From a virus, in the IMG/VR virus record IMGVR_UViG_3300045971_000149, positions 64,001-128,000 of that record: a stretch of 64,000 nucleotides of DNA; one strand, given 5' to 3'. Under the pieces are notes generated by a model. The model was not told the DNA's origin. It did no database searches and worked only from the letters and a program-made list of their open reading frames with translations. The position numbers and the translations under genes were made by a program. Positions 1-7,567 of this stretch are shown here, piece by piece (the stretch's first letter is position 1; each line of letters starts with the position of its first letter).

Positions 1-165
1 GACGGATACATTGCCCAAATCGATTAGCTTTTGCAGCTTGAACGGATCGCTGTAGCTATCGCGCAAGATGCGTCCATTGTGCGACAAGTAACCATCCCAG
101 TGGCAATACACTTGCTCTACTGTGCCGTCTGCATACTCGAGTGCGATCGTGCTGTTTGTGCTCAT
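1..165 (-). CDS. early hypothetical phage protein (runs off window start)
   Basis: ATG at 163-165 behind AAAGGA RBS and promoter cassette; reads MSTNSTIALEYADGTVEQVYCHWDGY...; not in ORF track. Confidence 0.75.
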   Translation of the reverse strand, partial: MSTNSTIALEYADGTVEQVYCHWDGYLSHNGRILRDSYSDPFKLQKLIDLGNVSV

Positions 166-170
166 TACGT

Positions 171-219
171 TCCTTTGTTGCTATGTATGTATTATAGCGC
201 CTTTCGGCGCTGCTGTCAA
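171..219 (-). promoter_or_regulatory. early sigma70 promoter+RBS cassette copy 1
   Basis: minus strand TTGACA-17bp-TATAAT-ACATACAT...AAAGGA. Confidence 0.9.
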
Positions 220-455
220 ACGATGCTAGCAATAACCACTTTACTAGCAGGGTCAAACTTCAAGTACACTTTTGCCTTTACAAGCTTATCTACCTCCAGC
301 ATTGTTACAGCATAGCAGAACTCACTGCCGTTAGTTAAGCCCAAAAACTTTGCACTTTGGAACAGCATATTCTTGTTCCCTTGTGCTTCCAACGTAAGCG
401 CAAGACCTGCGTCGTCGTATGTAGTAAGCATCTTGAGCTGTGCGGCTGTGATCAT
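216..455 (-). CDS. early hypothetical protein
   Basis: start reassigned to ATG 453-455 (MITAAQLK) after AAGGAG; TGA stop lies inside the next -35 box. Confidence 0.75.
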   Translation of the reverse strand: MITAAQLKMLTTYDDAGLALTLEAQGNKNMLFQSAKFLGLTNGSEFCYAVTMLEVDKLVKAKVYLKFDPASKVVIASIV

Positions 456-460
456 GTATA

Positions 461-509
461 CTCCTTGTTGCGATGTATGTATTATAGCGCCTTTCGGCGC
501 TGCTGTCAA
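461..509 (-). promoter_or_regulatory. early promoter cassette copy 2
   Basis: TTGACA-17-TATAAT; 37 bp (473-509) identical to 183-219. Confidence 0.9.
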
Positions 510-880
510 GCCTTCCAGTTGTAACGCGGATCGTACTCTTTGTTGATCTTTTGTATAGCTTGAAACGCAAACTCCTGCGACTTGCGCACTGCAACCTTCA
601 CCTTACCTGCACGTTGCTTCTTAGCTTCGTACAGCGACTCGTACCATGTAGCGCCGTGGTCGGGGCTGTAGCGCATGGGCTTGTAATACTTTGTGCCCTT
701 CAGCTGGCGCGTAAGGTAGCCGTAAGTAGTGTCAGTCCACTTAAAGCCACGATCGTAGCTGCCGCTTTGGCTGTTGCGCTCATACAACACAACAGTCACT
801 ACATACTTGCCCAACAGGCATTCCTTGCCTTCGTTTGCTACATACTCTGCTACTACAGGTGTTGGGGAAAGTGTCTTCAT
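506..880 (-). CDS. early hypothetical protein
   Basis: 124 aa ORF with RBS and own promoter cassette. Confidence 0.8.
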   Translation of the reverse strand: MKTLSPTPVVAEYVANEGKECLLGKYVVTVVLYERNSQSGSYDRGFKWTDTTYGYLTRQLKGTKYYKPMRYSPDHGATWYESLYEAKKQRAGKVKVAVRKSQEFAFQAIQKINKEYDPRYNWKA

Positions 881-887
881 AGTGTGT

Positions 888-935
888 TCCTTGTTGCGAT
901 GTATGTATTATAGCGTCTTTCAATAACCCTGTCAA
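888..935 (-). promoter_or_regulatory. early promoter cassette copy 3
   Basis: TTGACA-17-TATAAT-ACATACATCGCAACAAGGA. Confidence 0.9.
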
Positions 936-943
936 CCGATGGG

Positions 944-1306
944 TTATTCCCAGTTCACACTTATGTTGACTTCAACATCCTTTAGGCCGCCAGCGAGATC
1001 GTACTTGATGCCAGTGACGATAGCGCCGTACAGTACGTCTTTCAGTTGTGCTTTGACCTCTGTAACAAGGTCAGCGAGCAGATCGTCGAGCATGTCTTCG
1101 ACGCTATGTCTAACACCGCTTAGAGTTGCTTGCAGTTCGTCGCGTGTAGTGCCCATCTCACCGTCACCGTCGCACATCATGTCAACATAAGCTTCAGTTT
1201 GGTCGGCGAGCGCTTTACGCACGATTGCCTGCGCCACTTGCTTTTGTTTCCACATGATGTCGTGAGCGCCGAAGTTCTCTACAGGTGTTTTAACGATAAC
1301 GGTCAT
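944..1306 (-). CDS. early hypothetical protein
   Basis: 120 aa acidic ORF, GAGGAG RBS. Confidence 0.8.
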   Translation of the reverse strand: MTVIVKTPVENFGAHDIMWKQKQVAQAIVRKALADQTEAYVDMMCDGDGEMGTTRDELQATLSGVRHSVEDMLDDLLADLVTEVKAQLKDVLYGAIVTGIKYDLAGGLKDVEVNISVNWE

Positions 1307-1309
1307 ACA

Positions 1310-1546
1310 TTACTCCTCTTCTGTTGTAAACTCAGCTTGCAGTGCTTCTTTCCACTCGGAATTGCGTTCCACCCAATCGTGCACAAAGCCCAGCATTGCT
1401 TCCAATGCGCCGCTGTTATCTGCAAGGAAGTCTGTCACATCCCTGTAGCCGAGCACTTTAACCACTTGCTCAAACTTGCGCACGCCGCTATGGCCTTCGA
1501 AGCTATACAAGTTTTCCTGATCTAAATACAAGTCTAGTGCGTTCAT
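1310..1546 (-). CDS. early hypothetical protein
   Basis: 78 aa ORF behind cassette copy 4. Confidence 0.8.
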   Translation of the reverse strand: MNALDLYLDQENLYSFEGHSGVRKFEQVVKVLGYRDVTDFLADNSGALEAMLGFVHDWVERNSEWKEALQAEFTTEEE

Positions 1547-1552
1547 TGTGTA

Positions 1553-1601
1553 CTCCTTGTTGCGATGTATGTATTATAACAAAGAAACGGACTACTGTCA
1601 A
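1553..1601 (-). promoter_or_regulatory. early promoter cassette copy 4
   Basis: TTGACA-17-TATAAT-ACATACATCGCAACAAGGAG. Confidence 0.9.
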
Positions 1602-1628
1602 CCAATAGCCCGCCGCCCTGTAGGGCCT

Positions 1629-1901
1629 TTAGAAGTACATCACCCGGGTGCGATCTGTGTTTTCAAAGCGTTCCGGGAAGTCCAGGATACCTTGCTCGTT
1701 ATAGCGAACGCCCGGGTTGCCTTCGCACTCACCGTTGATCAGTGATCGGAAGCCGCGATAGTTGCCTGTCTGATGCAGTACTGCTTCGAGCACGTTCATT
1801 GCACCTTGTCGCACATCAACACGATCGGGAGCACTGTTCTTGCAGATGCCGTTAACCATATCAGTGAGTTCCGAAACACTAAACGTTTTGCGCTTTGTCA
1901 T
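1629..1901 (-). CDS. early hypothetical protein
   Basis: 90 aa ORF, AAGGAG RBS. Confidence 0.8.
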   Translation of the reverse strand: MTKRKTFSVSELTDMVNGICKNSAPDRVDVRQGAMNVLEAVLHQTGNYRGFRSLINGECEGNPGVRYNEQGILDFPERFENTDRTRVMYF

Positions 1902-1907
1902 CTTTAA

Positions 1908-1957
1908 CTCCTTGTTGTTTAAGTATGTATTATAACGTCATTCTGCAATACAGTCAA
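1908..1957 (-). promoter_or_regulatory. early promoter cassette copy 5
   Basis: TTGACT-17-TATAAT-ACATAC...AACAAGGAG. Confidence 0.85.
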
Positions 1958-1978
1958 CCAAAGACCCTACAGTCTGCT

Positions 1979-2164
1979 CTAGTACTTTCCAGCATCCACA
2001 AACGTACGATCCTTAGCAAAGAAGGTCATTGGCTTGCTTAAGACTACGGGCTCGTTGGATCCTGCCTTTATGTATGCAAAGAGCCGTGTCTTGTCCGTAG
2101 AGAGCAAGTAGATGTGGTTGGGAGCTGTGACGCTCCACTTGGTTGTCTCCTGGAAGTATCGCAT
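1979..2164 (-). CDS. early hypothetical protein
   Basis: MRYFQETTKW..., ATG overlaps the upstream gene's stop. Confidence 0.7.
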   Translation of the reverse strand: MRYFQETTKWSVTAPNHIYLLSTDKTRLFAYIKAGSNEPVVLSKPMTFFAKDRTFVDAGKY

Positions 2165-2496
2165 CAATCCATCCTGTCGTCTGCGTAGAACTTAACGCCC
2201 AGCCGTGCAGTAAGCAGATCAGCAGCAGCCTGCGCACCTGCGCTCAGTGCATCCACGCTCTGCGAATTGCTCTTGCTGGGATTCCACAGTTGATAGCCGC
2301 CGCCATATGTCTTAGAGAAGCCGTACTTCTTCAGTTCGCGCACAAGCTTAGAAGTGCCTTTCTCATAGGTCTTAACCCAGGCAAAACCGCAAGCACCGCG
2401 ATCACCGTGTTTGGAAAGGAATGCAGCGGTTGCTTTGGAAGCTTCCTGCATAGCATCTGCAACAGCGACCTTAACGTGAGTGTTAACTTCTTGCAT
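2164..2496 (-). CDS. early hypothetical protein
   Basis: 110 aa, ACGFAWV motif, AGGAG RBS. Confidence 0.8.
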   Translation of the reverse strand: MQEVNTHVKVAVADAMQEASKATAAFLSKHGDRGACGFAWVKTYEKGTSKLVRELKKYGFSKTYGGGYQLWNPSKSNSQSVDALSAGAQAAADLLTARLGVKFYADDRMD

Positions 2497-2501
2497 ATCA
2501 A

Positions 2502-2556
2502 CTCCTAGTGTGTTTGTGTAAGTATGTATTATAACGCCGTTTTACAGAACTGTCAA
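2502..2556 (-). promoter_or_regulatory. early promoter cassette copy 6
   Basis: TTGACA-17-TATAAT-ACATAC...AGGAG. Confidence 0.85.
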
Positions 2557-2557
2557 C

Positions 2558-2869
2558 CTACATCGACCAATAAGATTCGTATGCGGGCGACATGAAGCAA
2601 GGAGTGTCCTCTGCTTCCATGTAGGGCAGGCCGGACATGAGGTTGATCCGCTCGACCATCTTCACGGGGCGCTTGCTGTACTCAGCGACTGCCATCACCT
2701 TCCATTGCACAACATCCTTGCCGTCTACAACGACCAACTCGTATCCAGTGTACTCTCTGTTCAAACGAGTACATTGTGCCTTAGCAGCACGTTCGGTCTT
2801 GTACTTGGACGGGAGCCAGTAGTGCTTACCGTAGGGCTTTTCCGTTCCAACATTGATTACATACCACAT
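2558..2869 (-). CDS. early hypothetical protein
   Basis: 103 aa ending NLMSG...DTPCFMSPAYESYWSM; AGGAG RBS. Confidence 0.8.
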   Translation of the reverse strand: MWYVINVGTEKPYGKHYWLPSKYKTERAAKAQCTRLNREYTGYELVVVDGKDVVQWKVMAVAEYSKRPVKMVERINLMSGLPYMEAEDTPCFMSPAYESYWSM

Positions 2870-2878
2870 ATCAAACTC

Positions 2879-3025
2879 CTATCGGTTGTTGCGACGCACG
2901 TTGATGTGCATATCGTAGCTGTCGTGATTGACTAAGCTATCCCATACAGTCCACTTGTCAGTAAGCTTACTGAAGAACACAGTGTCAATCAGCTTGCCAT
3001 TCAAGTACACGTTCCAAGCTTGCAT
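2879..3025 (-). CDS. small early protein (48 aa)
   Basis: MQAWNVYLNGKLIDTVFF...; AAGGAG RBS and cassette copy 7; below ORF-track cutoff. Confidence 0.75.
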   Translation of the reverse strand: MQAWNVYLNGKLIDTVFFSKLTDKWTVWDSLVNHDSYDMHINVRRNNR

Positions 3026-3030
3026 GTCTA

Positions 3031-3079
3031 CTCCTTGTTGCGATGTATGTATTATAACACCGTTTGGCTACGCTGTCAA
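3031..3079 (-). promoter_or_regulatory. early promoter cassette copy 7
   Basis: TTGACA-17-TATAAT-ACATACATCGCAACAAGGAG. Confidence 0.9.
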
Positions 3080-3259
3080 CCTATAGAACGAGTGTATGTC
3101 GTTCTCTGCATCATACCGGATCTCAACATTGCCCACGGTGCAGTTATCATCTTCGTCTACTGCACAGGCAAACTCATTGACATCACTCCACGGCAGGTAC
3201 GGGTTAGTACATTCACCATCTGCGTCAAACGAGTCAACGCAGTTGCCAAGGTATGTCAT
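3068..3259 (-). CDS. early hypothetical protein
   Basis: start reassigned to MTYLGNCV directly after the upstream stop. Confidence 0.65.
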   Translation of the reverse strand: MTYLGNCVDSFDADGECTNPYLPWSDVNEFACAVDEDDNCTVGNVEIRYDAENDIHSFYRLTA

Positions 3260-3260
3260 T

Positions 3261-3482
3261 TTAGCAATCCGGATCGTAGTCTGCCCACTCTTGGGCTTCA
3301 TCGGGCTGGCCGTCGTTCTCTTCTTCGTAGTCTTCATCAAAGCGCTCGCTCAACTCGTTAGCATCCAGCATGCCTGCAACGTCATCCTCGGACATGTACG
3401 ACATGCACATATCCACAACAGCTTCGTGGCTGATAGCGCCCTGGTCAAGCAGATCATACAAACGGTTAGTAGCTTTGCGCAT
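3261..3482 (-). CDS. early acidic hypothetical protein
   Basis: 73 aa ending DGQPDEAQEWADYDPDC; AAGGAG RBS. Confidence 0.8.
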   Translation of the reverse strand: MRKATNRLYDLLDQGAISHEAVVDMCMSYMSEDDVAGMLDANELSERFDEDYEEENDGQPDEAQEWADYDPDC

Positions 3483-3488
3483 AGTGTG

Positions 3489-3537
3489 CTCCTTGTTGCG
3501 ATATATGTATTATAGCGTCAAACAACGAAAGCGTCAA
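3489..3537 (-). promoter_or_regulatory. early promoter cassette copy 8
   Basis: TTGACG-17-TATAAT-ACATATATCGCAACAAGGAG. Confidence 0.85.
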
Positions 3538-3871
3538 GCTTTCTTTTCAAAGACCCTACATTGCGAAGGGCTTCTTCAACCGCTTCGTTGATCATGTCAT
3601 CAGCAGTTCCGTCCGTAAGTACTTCTTTGGCATCCTCGTAGCAGCAACCTCCAACACAGGCATCGCCCATAGTATAGCCGTCGAGCAACACACGAACCCG
3701 CAGGAAGAACCAATCGTAGATGCCGTTATCGATCTTCTCACAGATCTCTTTTACATCCGGCGTATCAAAGCAATCGCGGGGATGTATGCTATCTTCGTAG
3801 GACTTATCCACAATGACTTCAAATCCGTCTTCACGTGTATAACGTTTGAGTTCGTCGTAATAGCGTTGCAT
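3518..3871 (-). CDS. early hypothetical protein
   Basis: start at MQRYYDE after AAGGAG. Confidence 0.8.
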   Translation of the reverse strand: MQRYYDELKRYTREDGFEVIVDKSYEDSIHPRDCFDTPDVKEICEKIDNGIYDWFFLRVRVLLDGYTMGDACVGGCCYEDAKEVLTDGTADDMINEAVEEALRNVGSLKRKLDAFVV

Positions 3872-3881
3872 AGTGTGCTCC

Positions 3882-4085
3882 TTAGTATTCAATCAATGTC
3901 TTAACACCAAACATGTATCCCAGCTTGATCAACGAGCTGCGAGTAGGTTCGCAGGAGTTGTCGTCTAGCTTGAAGATCTCGTCACGCAGAGCATCGGGTG
4001 CAGCTTCAAACAATTCGTAGATGCCACGACCTTCTGCATCATTTAAATCCTTACAAGCTTCAGCGAAGTCTTTAAGAGTCTGCAT
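3882..4085 (-). CDS. early hypothetical protein
   Basis: 67 aa, AAAGGA RBS. Confidence 0.75.
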   Translation of the reverse strand: MQTLKDFAEACKDLNDAEGRGIYELFEAAPDALRDEIFKLDDNSCEPTRSSLIKLGYMFGVKTLIEY

Positions 4086-4090
4086 AGTAG

Positions 4091-4140
4091 TTCCTTTGTG
4101 TTTAAGTATGTATTATAGCGTAAATCGGCAAAGCTGTCAT
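4091..4140 (-). promoter_or_regulatory. early promoter cassette copy 9
   Basis: ATGACA-17-TATAAT-ACATAC...AAAGGA. Confidence 0.75.
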
Positions 4141-4178
4141 CAAAGACCTTATAGTGTAGTAGGACTCTGGGATACCGG

Positions 4179-4211
4179 TTGACGCTTTACCAAAACGGTG
4201 TTATAATACAT
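4179..4211 (+). promoter_or_regulatory. divergent sigma70 promoter
   Basis: TTGACG(4179)-17-TATAAT(4202)ACAT with extended -10 TG. Confidence 0.75.
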
Positions 4212-4315
4212 GCATAAGAAGAAAAGCTCATAGAGCAACAAGAATGTTTCGAAGCACAATAAAGCGGGATGGACGGCGAGGGTGCGCGTCCGGATTGGCA
4301 CTATACATAAAAGAA

Positions 4316-4344
4316 AACCCGTGTTACTCGAAATAACACAGGTT
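4316..4344. terminator. hairpin next to tRNA 3' end
   Basis: AACC.GTGTTA ... TAACAC.GGTT inverted repeat. Confidence 0.5.
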
Positions 4345-4349
4345 ATTAA

Positions 4350-4424
4350 TGGTGCACCAACTAAGAATTGAACTTAGACTCAACCGATTATGAGTCGGAC
4401 GCTTTACCATTAAGCTATTGGTGC
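4350..4424 (-). tRNA. tRNA with CAU anticodon, probably Ile2 (lysidine type)
   Basis: acceptor GCACCAA/TTGGTGC + ACCA, anticodon arm CCGA-CTCATAA-TCGG, T arm CTAAG-TTCAATT-CTTAG; C4-G69 and C5-G68 present. Confidence 0.9.
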
Positions 4425-4492
4425 ACTTAACCTCTAATACATAGTATAGCACAATATAGCGATATTAGCACTATGATTATCACATTACATCC

Positions 4493-5497
4493 TTAAAACT
4501 TTGCCGAAGGATTACTTAATGCAGGACCAGTAGCAGCAGCCGGTTTTGGTGCTAACGCACTCATGAATGATGTTGGAATAGTTCCTTTAGCTTGAAACGG
4601 CACATGAGATACTACATTACTATCGATATTCTTCGGCTTGTTATTATATACAGGCGCTGCAGGAATAGTAGGAGCAGTAGGCTTCGCAGCAGCCGTTTGC
4701 ATTTGTGCAATACGTTCCATTAATGCTTTAGCTTCTGCCCCGGGATCAACACGCTTAGGTTCTGCAATAGGCACCTGCGACGGGATCATAGTCCACTCAT
4801 TACCTAATACTGGAGTTAAATCCCACGGTGAACGACGCACCCAATATAGTTCAGGTCCTTGTATACACATAAGATCAATTAGGTTAGCATATACACTATC
4901 AATACATGCTACAATCTCTGCCCCTTCAATAACAGATAACCAGTCGAATACATTGTCTGATAATGCTGTGATCTCAATAACCTTTACAGCGGGGTCAATC
5001 CAAGATGTGTCAATTTCAATACGAGCACTGCTCCCAACTGAATGTGTTAACGCATAACGTGCAGGAAGGTTTAATGATTCTTTAAAAGCTTTCTCACGAT
5101 CTAAATCCCTAGTTATACAAGATCTTAGTGTCCACTTCTTTAGAAAGGGAACTCCCGCAACTTGATACTTGTATTGATCAAACTTTAAAATATTAAACAA
5201 CTCTGGATCAGTCATTTGCGGCTGACTATTTAGATAGTGATACAAATACAATGCAGTATTAGGATCAACTCCTCTTTCTTTAAACACTTGCAGCGGGGTC
5301 TCTACAAAAAACTTACCTTGTGTATCCGTTTCCATAGAAACCCAAGTAATCCAGGGAGCAGCAGCAACTAGACTTGCATAGAACTCTGCACATACCGGCC
5401 AGATTATCTCGTCACCGTCGTCGCTGTAATGTTTAGCAATGGGAAGTGCAATAAGTATATCGCCTATTCCTCTGCTCTGTATAATACCTCTTTTCAT
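4493..5497 (-). CDS. GT9 (heptosyltransferase)-like glycosyltransferase with Pro/Ala-rich tail
   Basis: N-terminal RGIGDILIALP and C-domain ACIDSVYANL motifs. Confidence 0.7.
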   Translation of the reverse strand: MKRGIIQSRGIGDILIALPIAKHYSDDGDEIIWPVCAEFYASLVAAAPWITWVSMETDTQGKFFVETPLQVFKERGVDPNTALYLYHYLNSQPQMTDPELFNILKFDQYKYQVAGVPFLKKWTLRSCITRDLDREKAFKESLNLPARYALTHSVGSSARIEIDTSWIDPAVKVIEITALSDNVFDWLSVIEGAEIVACIDSVYANLIDLMCIQGPELYWVRRSPWDLTPVLGNEWTMIPSQVPIAEPKRVDPGAEAKALMERIAQMQTAAAKPTAPTIPAAPVYNNKPKNIDSNVVSHVPFQAKGTIPTSFMSALAPKPAAATGPALSNPSAKF

Positions 5498-5512
5498 TTA
5501 TATCCTTTATGT

Positions 5513-5570
5513 TGTTCTTTGTTCTTTGTTCTACTGTATAGTGTAGTGTATAGTGTAGTGTATATAGTAA
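5513..5570 (+). repeat. short tandem repeats
   Basis: TGTTCTT x~3 then TATAGTGTAGTG x2. Confidence 0.7.
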
Positions 5571-6054
5571 TGTGATACTGTGTTACATATATACACGTTT
5601 ACTGTAATTACCTTTCCTATGCAGCGGGGTCTTTTAATGTGAGTTAAAGTGAATCAATATAACTCAACATGAATCAATAAAAGTATAGTGGATTTACCGT
5701 GGGAAGTCAATAAGAATATTGTAGAAAGAACGGTGGAAGGTACTTCAAATTGTGGTTCAAAATGACTCAAAATAGGTCCAAAATGGATCAGAATAGACAT
5801 CGTTTGGATAGTTTTCCGGCGTGTTTGGCACGTTTTTATACCGTAAATTATTTTGGAGGCCATTGGCAGTGAGAGGTATTACTTAGATACTTTCAAACAT
5901 ATAATCCACTATCTCCCAAATTCTTCAATCACCCCAGGGACCCCCATCATAATCCAATCCACCACAGTTTCTTTTCTTTATACAGTTCCTTTACTGCTAT
6001 CCACTGATCTTATATAGCAGCGGGGTCAAAGGAGAGTTTCTTAAATACGCTTAT

Positions 6055-6285
6055 ATGTTCACCCACACTAACTATAACTCCGCTCGTATTACTCGTATTG
6101 CTGCTTACGCTAAACTCATTGAGAACTACACTATATACAGAGCAGGGGATACTATTGTTGATAGGAAAGGTAATACCTATACAGTTGCTCATACACATAT
6201 ATCCGGACATGCGTTATCCATTGTTGCTTTAGATAGAAACGATAATGAGCATACACTTGAGCACAAGAATATACGCAAAGTTTGA
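6055..6285 (+). CDS. hypothetical protein
   Basis: 76 aa; TAAATA 7 nt upstream of ATG. Confidence 0.6.
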   Translation: MFTHTNYNSARITRIAAYAKLIENYTIYRAGDTIVDRKGNTYTVAHTHISGHALSIVALDRNDNEHTLEHKNIRKV

Positions 6286-6547
6286 AGAGTTTACTACAGC
6301 GGGGTCTTTGTAGTAGTAGCAGCTAATATTACCAAAGTGTTTGCTCTGTATTACAAGATCGCTATATACTATGATTACTACTCGCTAGTTCGTTGTATCC
6401 GGGATATGTGATATAATAGTGCAGTTTGTGATATGTGGTTATTGTTACTGAGCAGTCTGATTAAAACGACGCTTATACAGTAAATAATCATGTGCTGCTT
6501 ACTGCCGCGCATATATGCGTATTATATTACTACGGAGGTATATATTA

Positions 6548-6967
6548 ATGCCAACTGAACTACTTGTATTGTTATCGTCGGTTTTTGGACTGCTAGTCTA
6601 TCTATGGATATTCTGGGGGTTCTATGTGTTAGTGATGGGTATATACCGTGCCTATTTGGATAAGAGATTGAATAAGCTAACATTGTGCTTATCGCTGCCG
6701 TTTGTCGCGGTGGGAGTTGCGTTGGATGTATTGGCTAATTTCTTTGTGGCCACGTTTGTCTTTTTGGAACTACCGAATGAATGGTTAGTTACATCTAGAT
6801 TGGTACGTTTGCAAAAAGGGAATGCGATCGGAAATTGGCGCAGGACATATGCCGATTGGATATGCTATAATTTGTTGGATGTGTTCGACCCAACGGGCTT
6901 CCATTGTTTGAAAGAAGATCCCGCGGAGGCTGAGAAGTTAGGGCTAAAGCCTGTAGCTAATATCTAA
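6548..6967 (+). CDS. membrane protein
   Basis: start at MPTELL after GGAGG; two hydrophobic segments. Confidence 0.75.
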   Translation: MPTELLVLLSSVFGLLVYLWIFWGFYVLVMGIYRAYLDKRLNKLTLCLSLPFVAVGVALDVLANFFVATFVFLELPNEWLVTSRLVRLQKGNAIGNWRRTYADWICYNLLDVFDPTGFHCLKEDPAEAEKLGLKPVANI

Positions 6968-6976
6968 ATTAGGTTA

Positions 6977-7237
6977 TTAACCAATTAGCGGGCCGTTACT
7001 ATCTTTGGTAATAGCATCTCTCGCAGGGGCCTCTGGTACATGAGTTTCGAACTTTGAAATCTTATGTAGATAGGCCTCTTTATTATGGACTACACGCCTT
7101 AGAGCCCGCTCGATATCGGCAATACGTTTGGCATCGGGAAAGGGCATACCCTGAGCTTCAGTTAGGTACATCCCAAGTTTCTTCTCTTCGAACTCGAGCA
7201 TTTTAATGTGGGCTTTGATTTTATTAATGTTGAACAT
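6977..7237 (-). CDS. hypothetical protein
   Basis: 86 aa; TAAATA 5 nt upstream. Confidence 0.7.
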   Translation of the reverse strand: MFNINKIKAHIKMLEFEEKKLGMYLTEAQGMPFPDAKRIADIERALRRVVHNKEAYLHKISKFETHVPEAPARDAITKDSNGPLIG

Positions 7238-7265
7238 ATGACTATTTATGTTGGGCTATAATAGG

Positions 7266-7294
7266 TTGCAAAGATGTTGATAGTGTGTTACAAT
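7266..7294 (+). promoter_or_regulatory. sigma70 promoter
   Basis: TTGCAA-17-TACAAT. Confidence 0.6.
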
Positions 7295-7316
7295 AAGTGC
7301 ATAAGGAAACTAAACT

Positions 7317-7517
7317 ATGGAATTGAAACCCGGAAAAACATTCGTGCTCTCTAAGTCAACAAAGCGTCGCATGGCGTCTATTGTTAACCCCGTGGCACGT
7401 AATGAGTACAAGAATCAGATGATCCAAGCGGAGTTGGCCGCAGCGGTTATAGTTAAACGTGAGAAGCGTCCCGAAGGGCAAGCACGTGGTGCAGTGGCCC
7501 CTGACTCTGCTGACTGA
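7317..7517 (+). CDS. small basic hypothetical protein
   Basis: 66 aa, AAGGA RBS. Confidence 0.75.
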   Translation: MELKPGKTFVLSKSTKRRMASIVNPVARNEYKNQMIQAELAAAVIVKREKRPEGQARGAVAPDSAD

Positions 7518-7542
7518 TAAATAGTAGAGTAGCGCAGGAAAT

Positions 7543-7567
7543 AATGGGCCATAATAGGCCCATTTTC
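7543..7567 (+). terminator. intrinsic terminator-like hairpin
   Basis: AATGGGCC-ataata-GGCCCATT followed by T run. Confidence 0.6.

Larger units (their letters stand above)
4987..6306 (+). repeat. five dispersed co-oriented CAGCGGGGTC motifs
   Basis: exact copies at 4987, 5291, 5622, 6018, 6297. Confidence 0.85.

Noticed and set aside
31-3591. Plus-strand ORFs in the early region
   Set aside because: They are antisense shadows of minus-strand genes that carry promoters and RBSs.
171-4140. Repeats in the early region as a CRISPR array
   Set aside because: Repeats are 290-600 bp apart, separated by ORFs, and consist of -35/-10/RBS elements; no cas genes seen.
5654-5863. 69-aa minus-strand ORF
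   Set aside because: No clear RBS or protein motif; it coincides with phased DNA repeats, so a non-coding role fits better.
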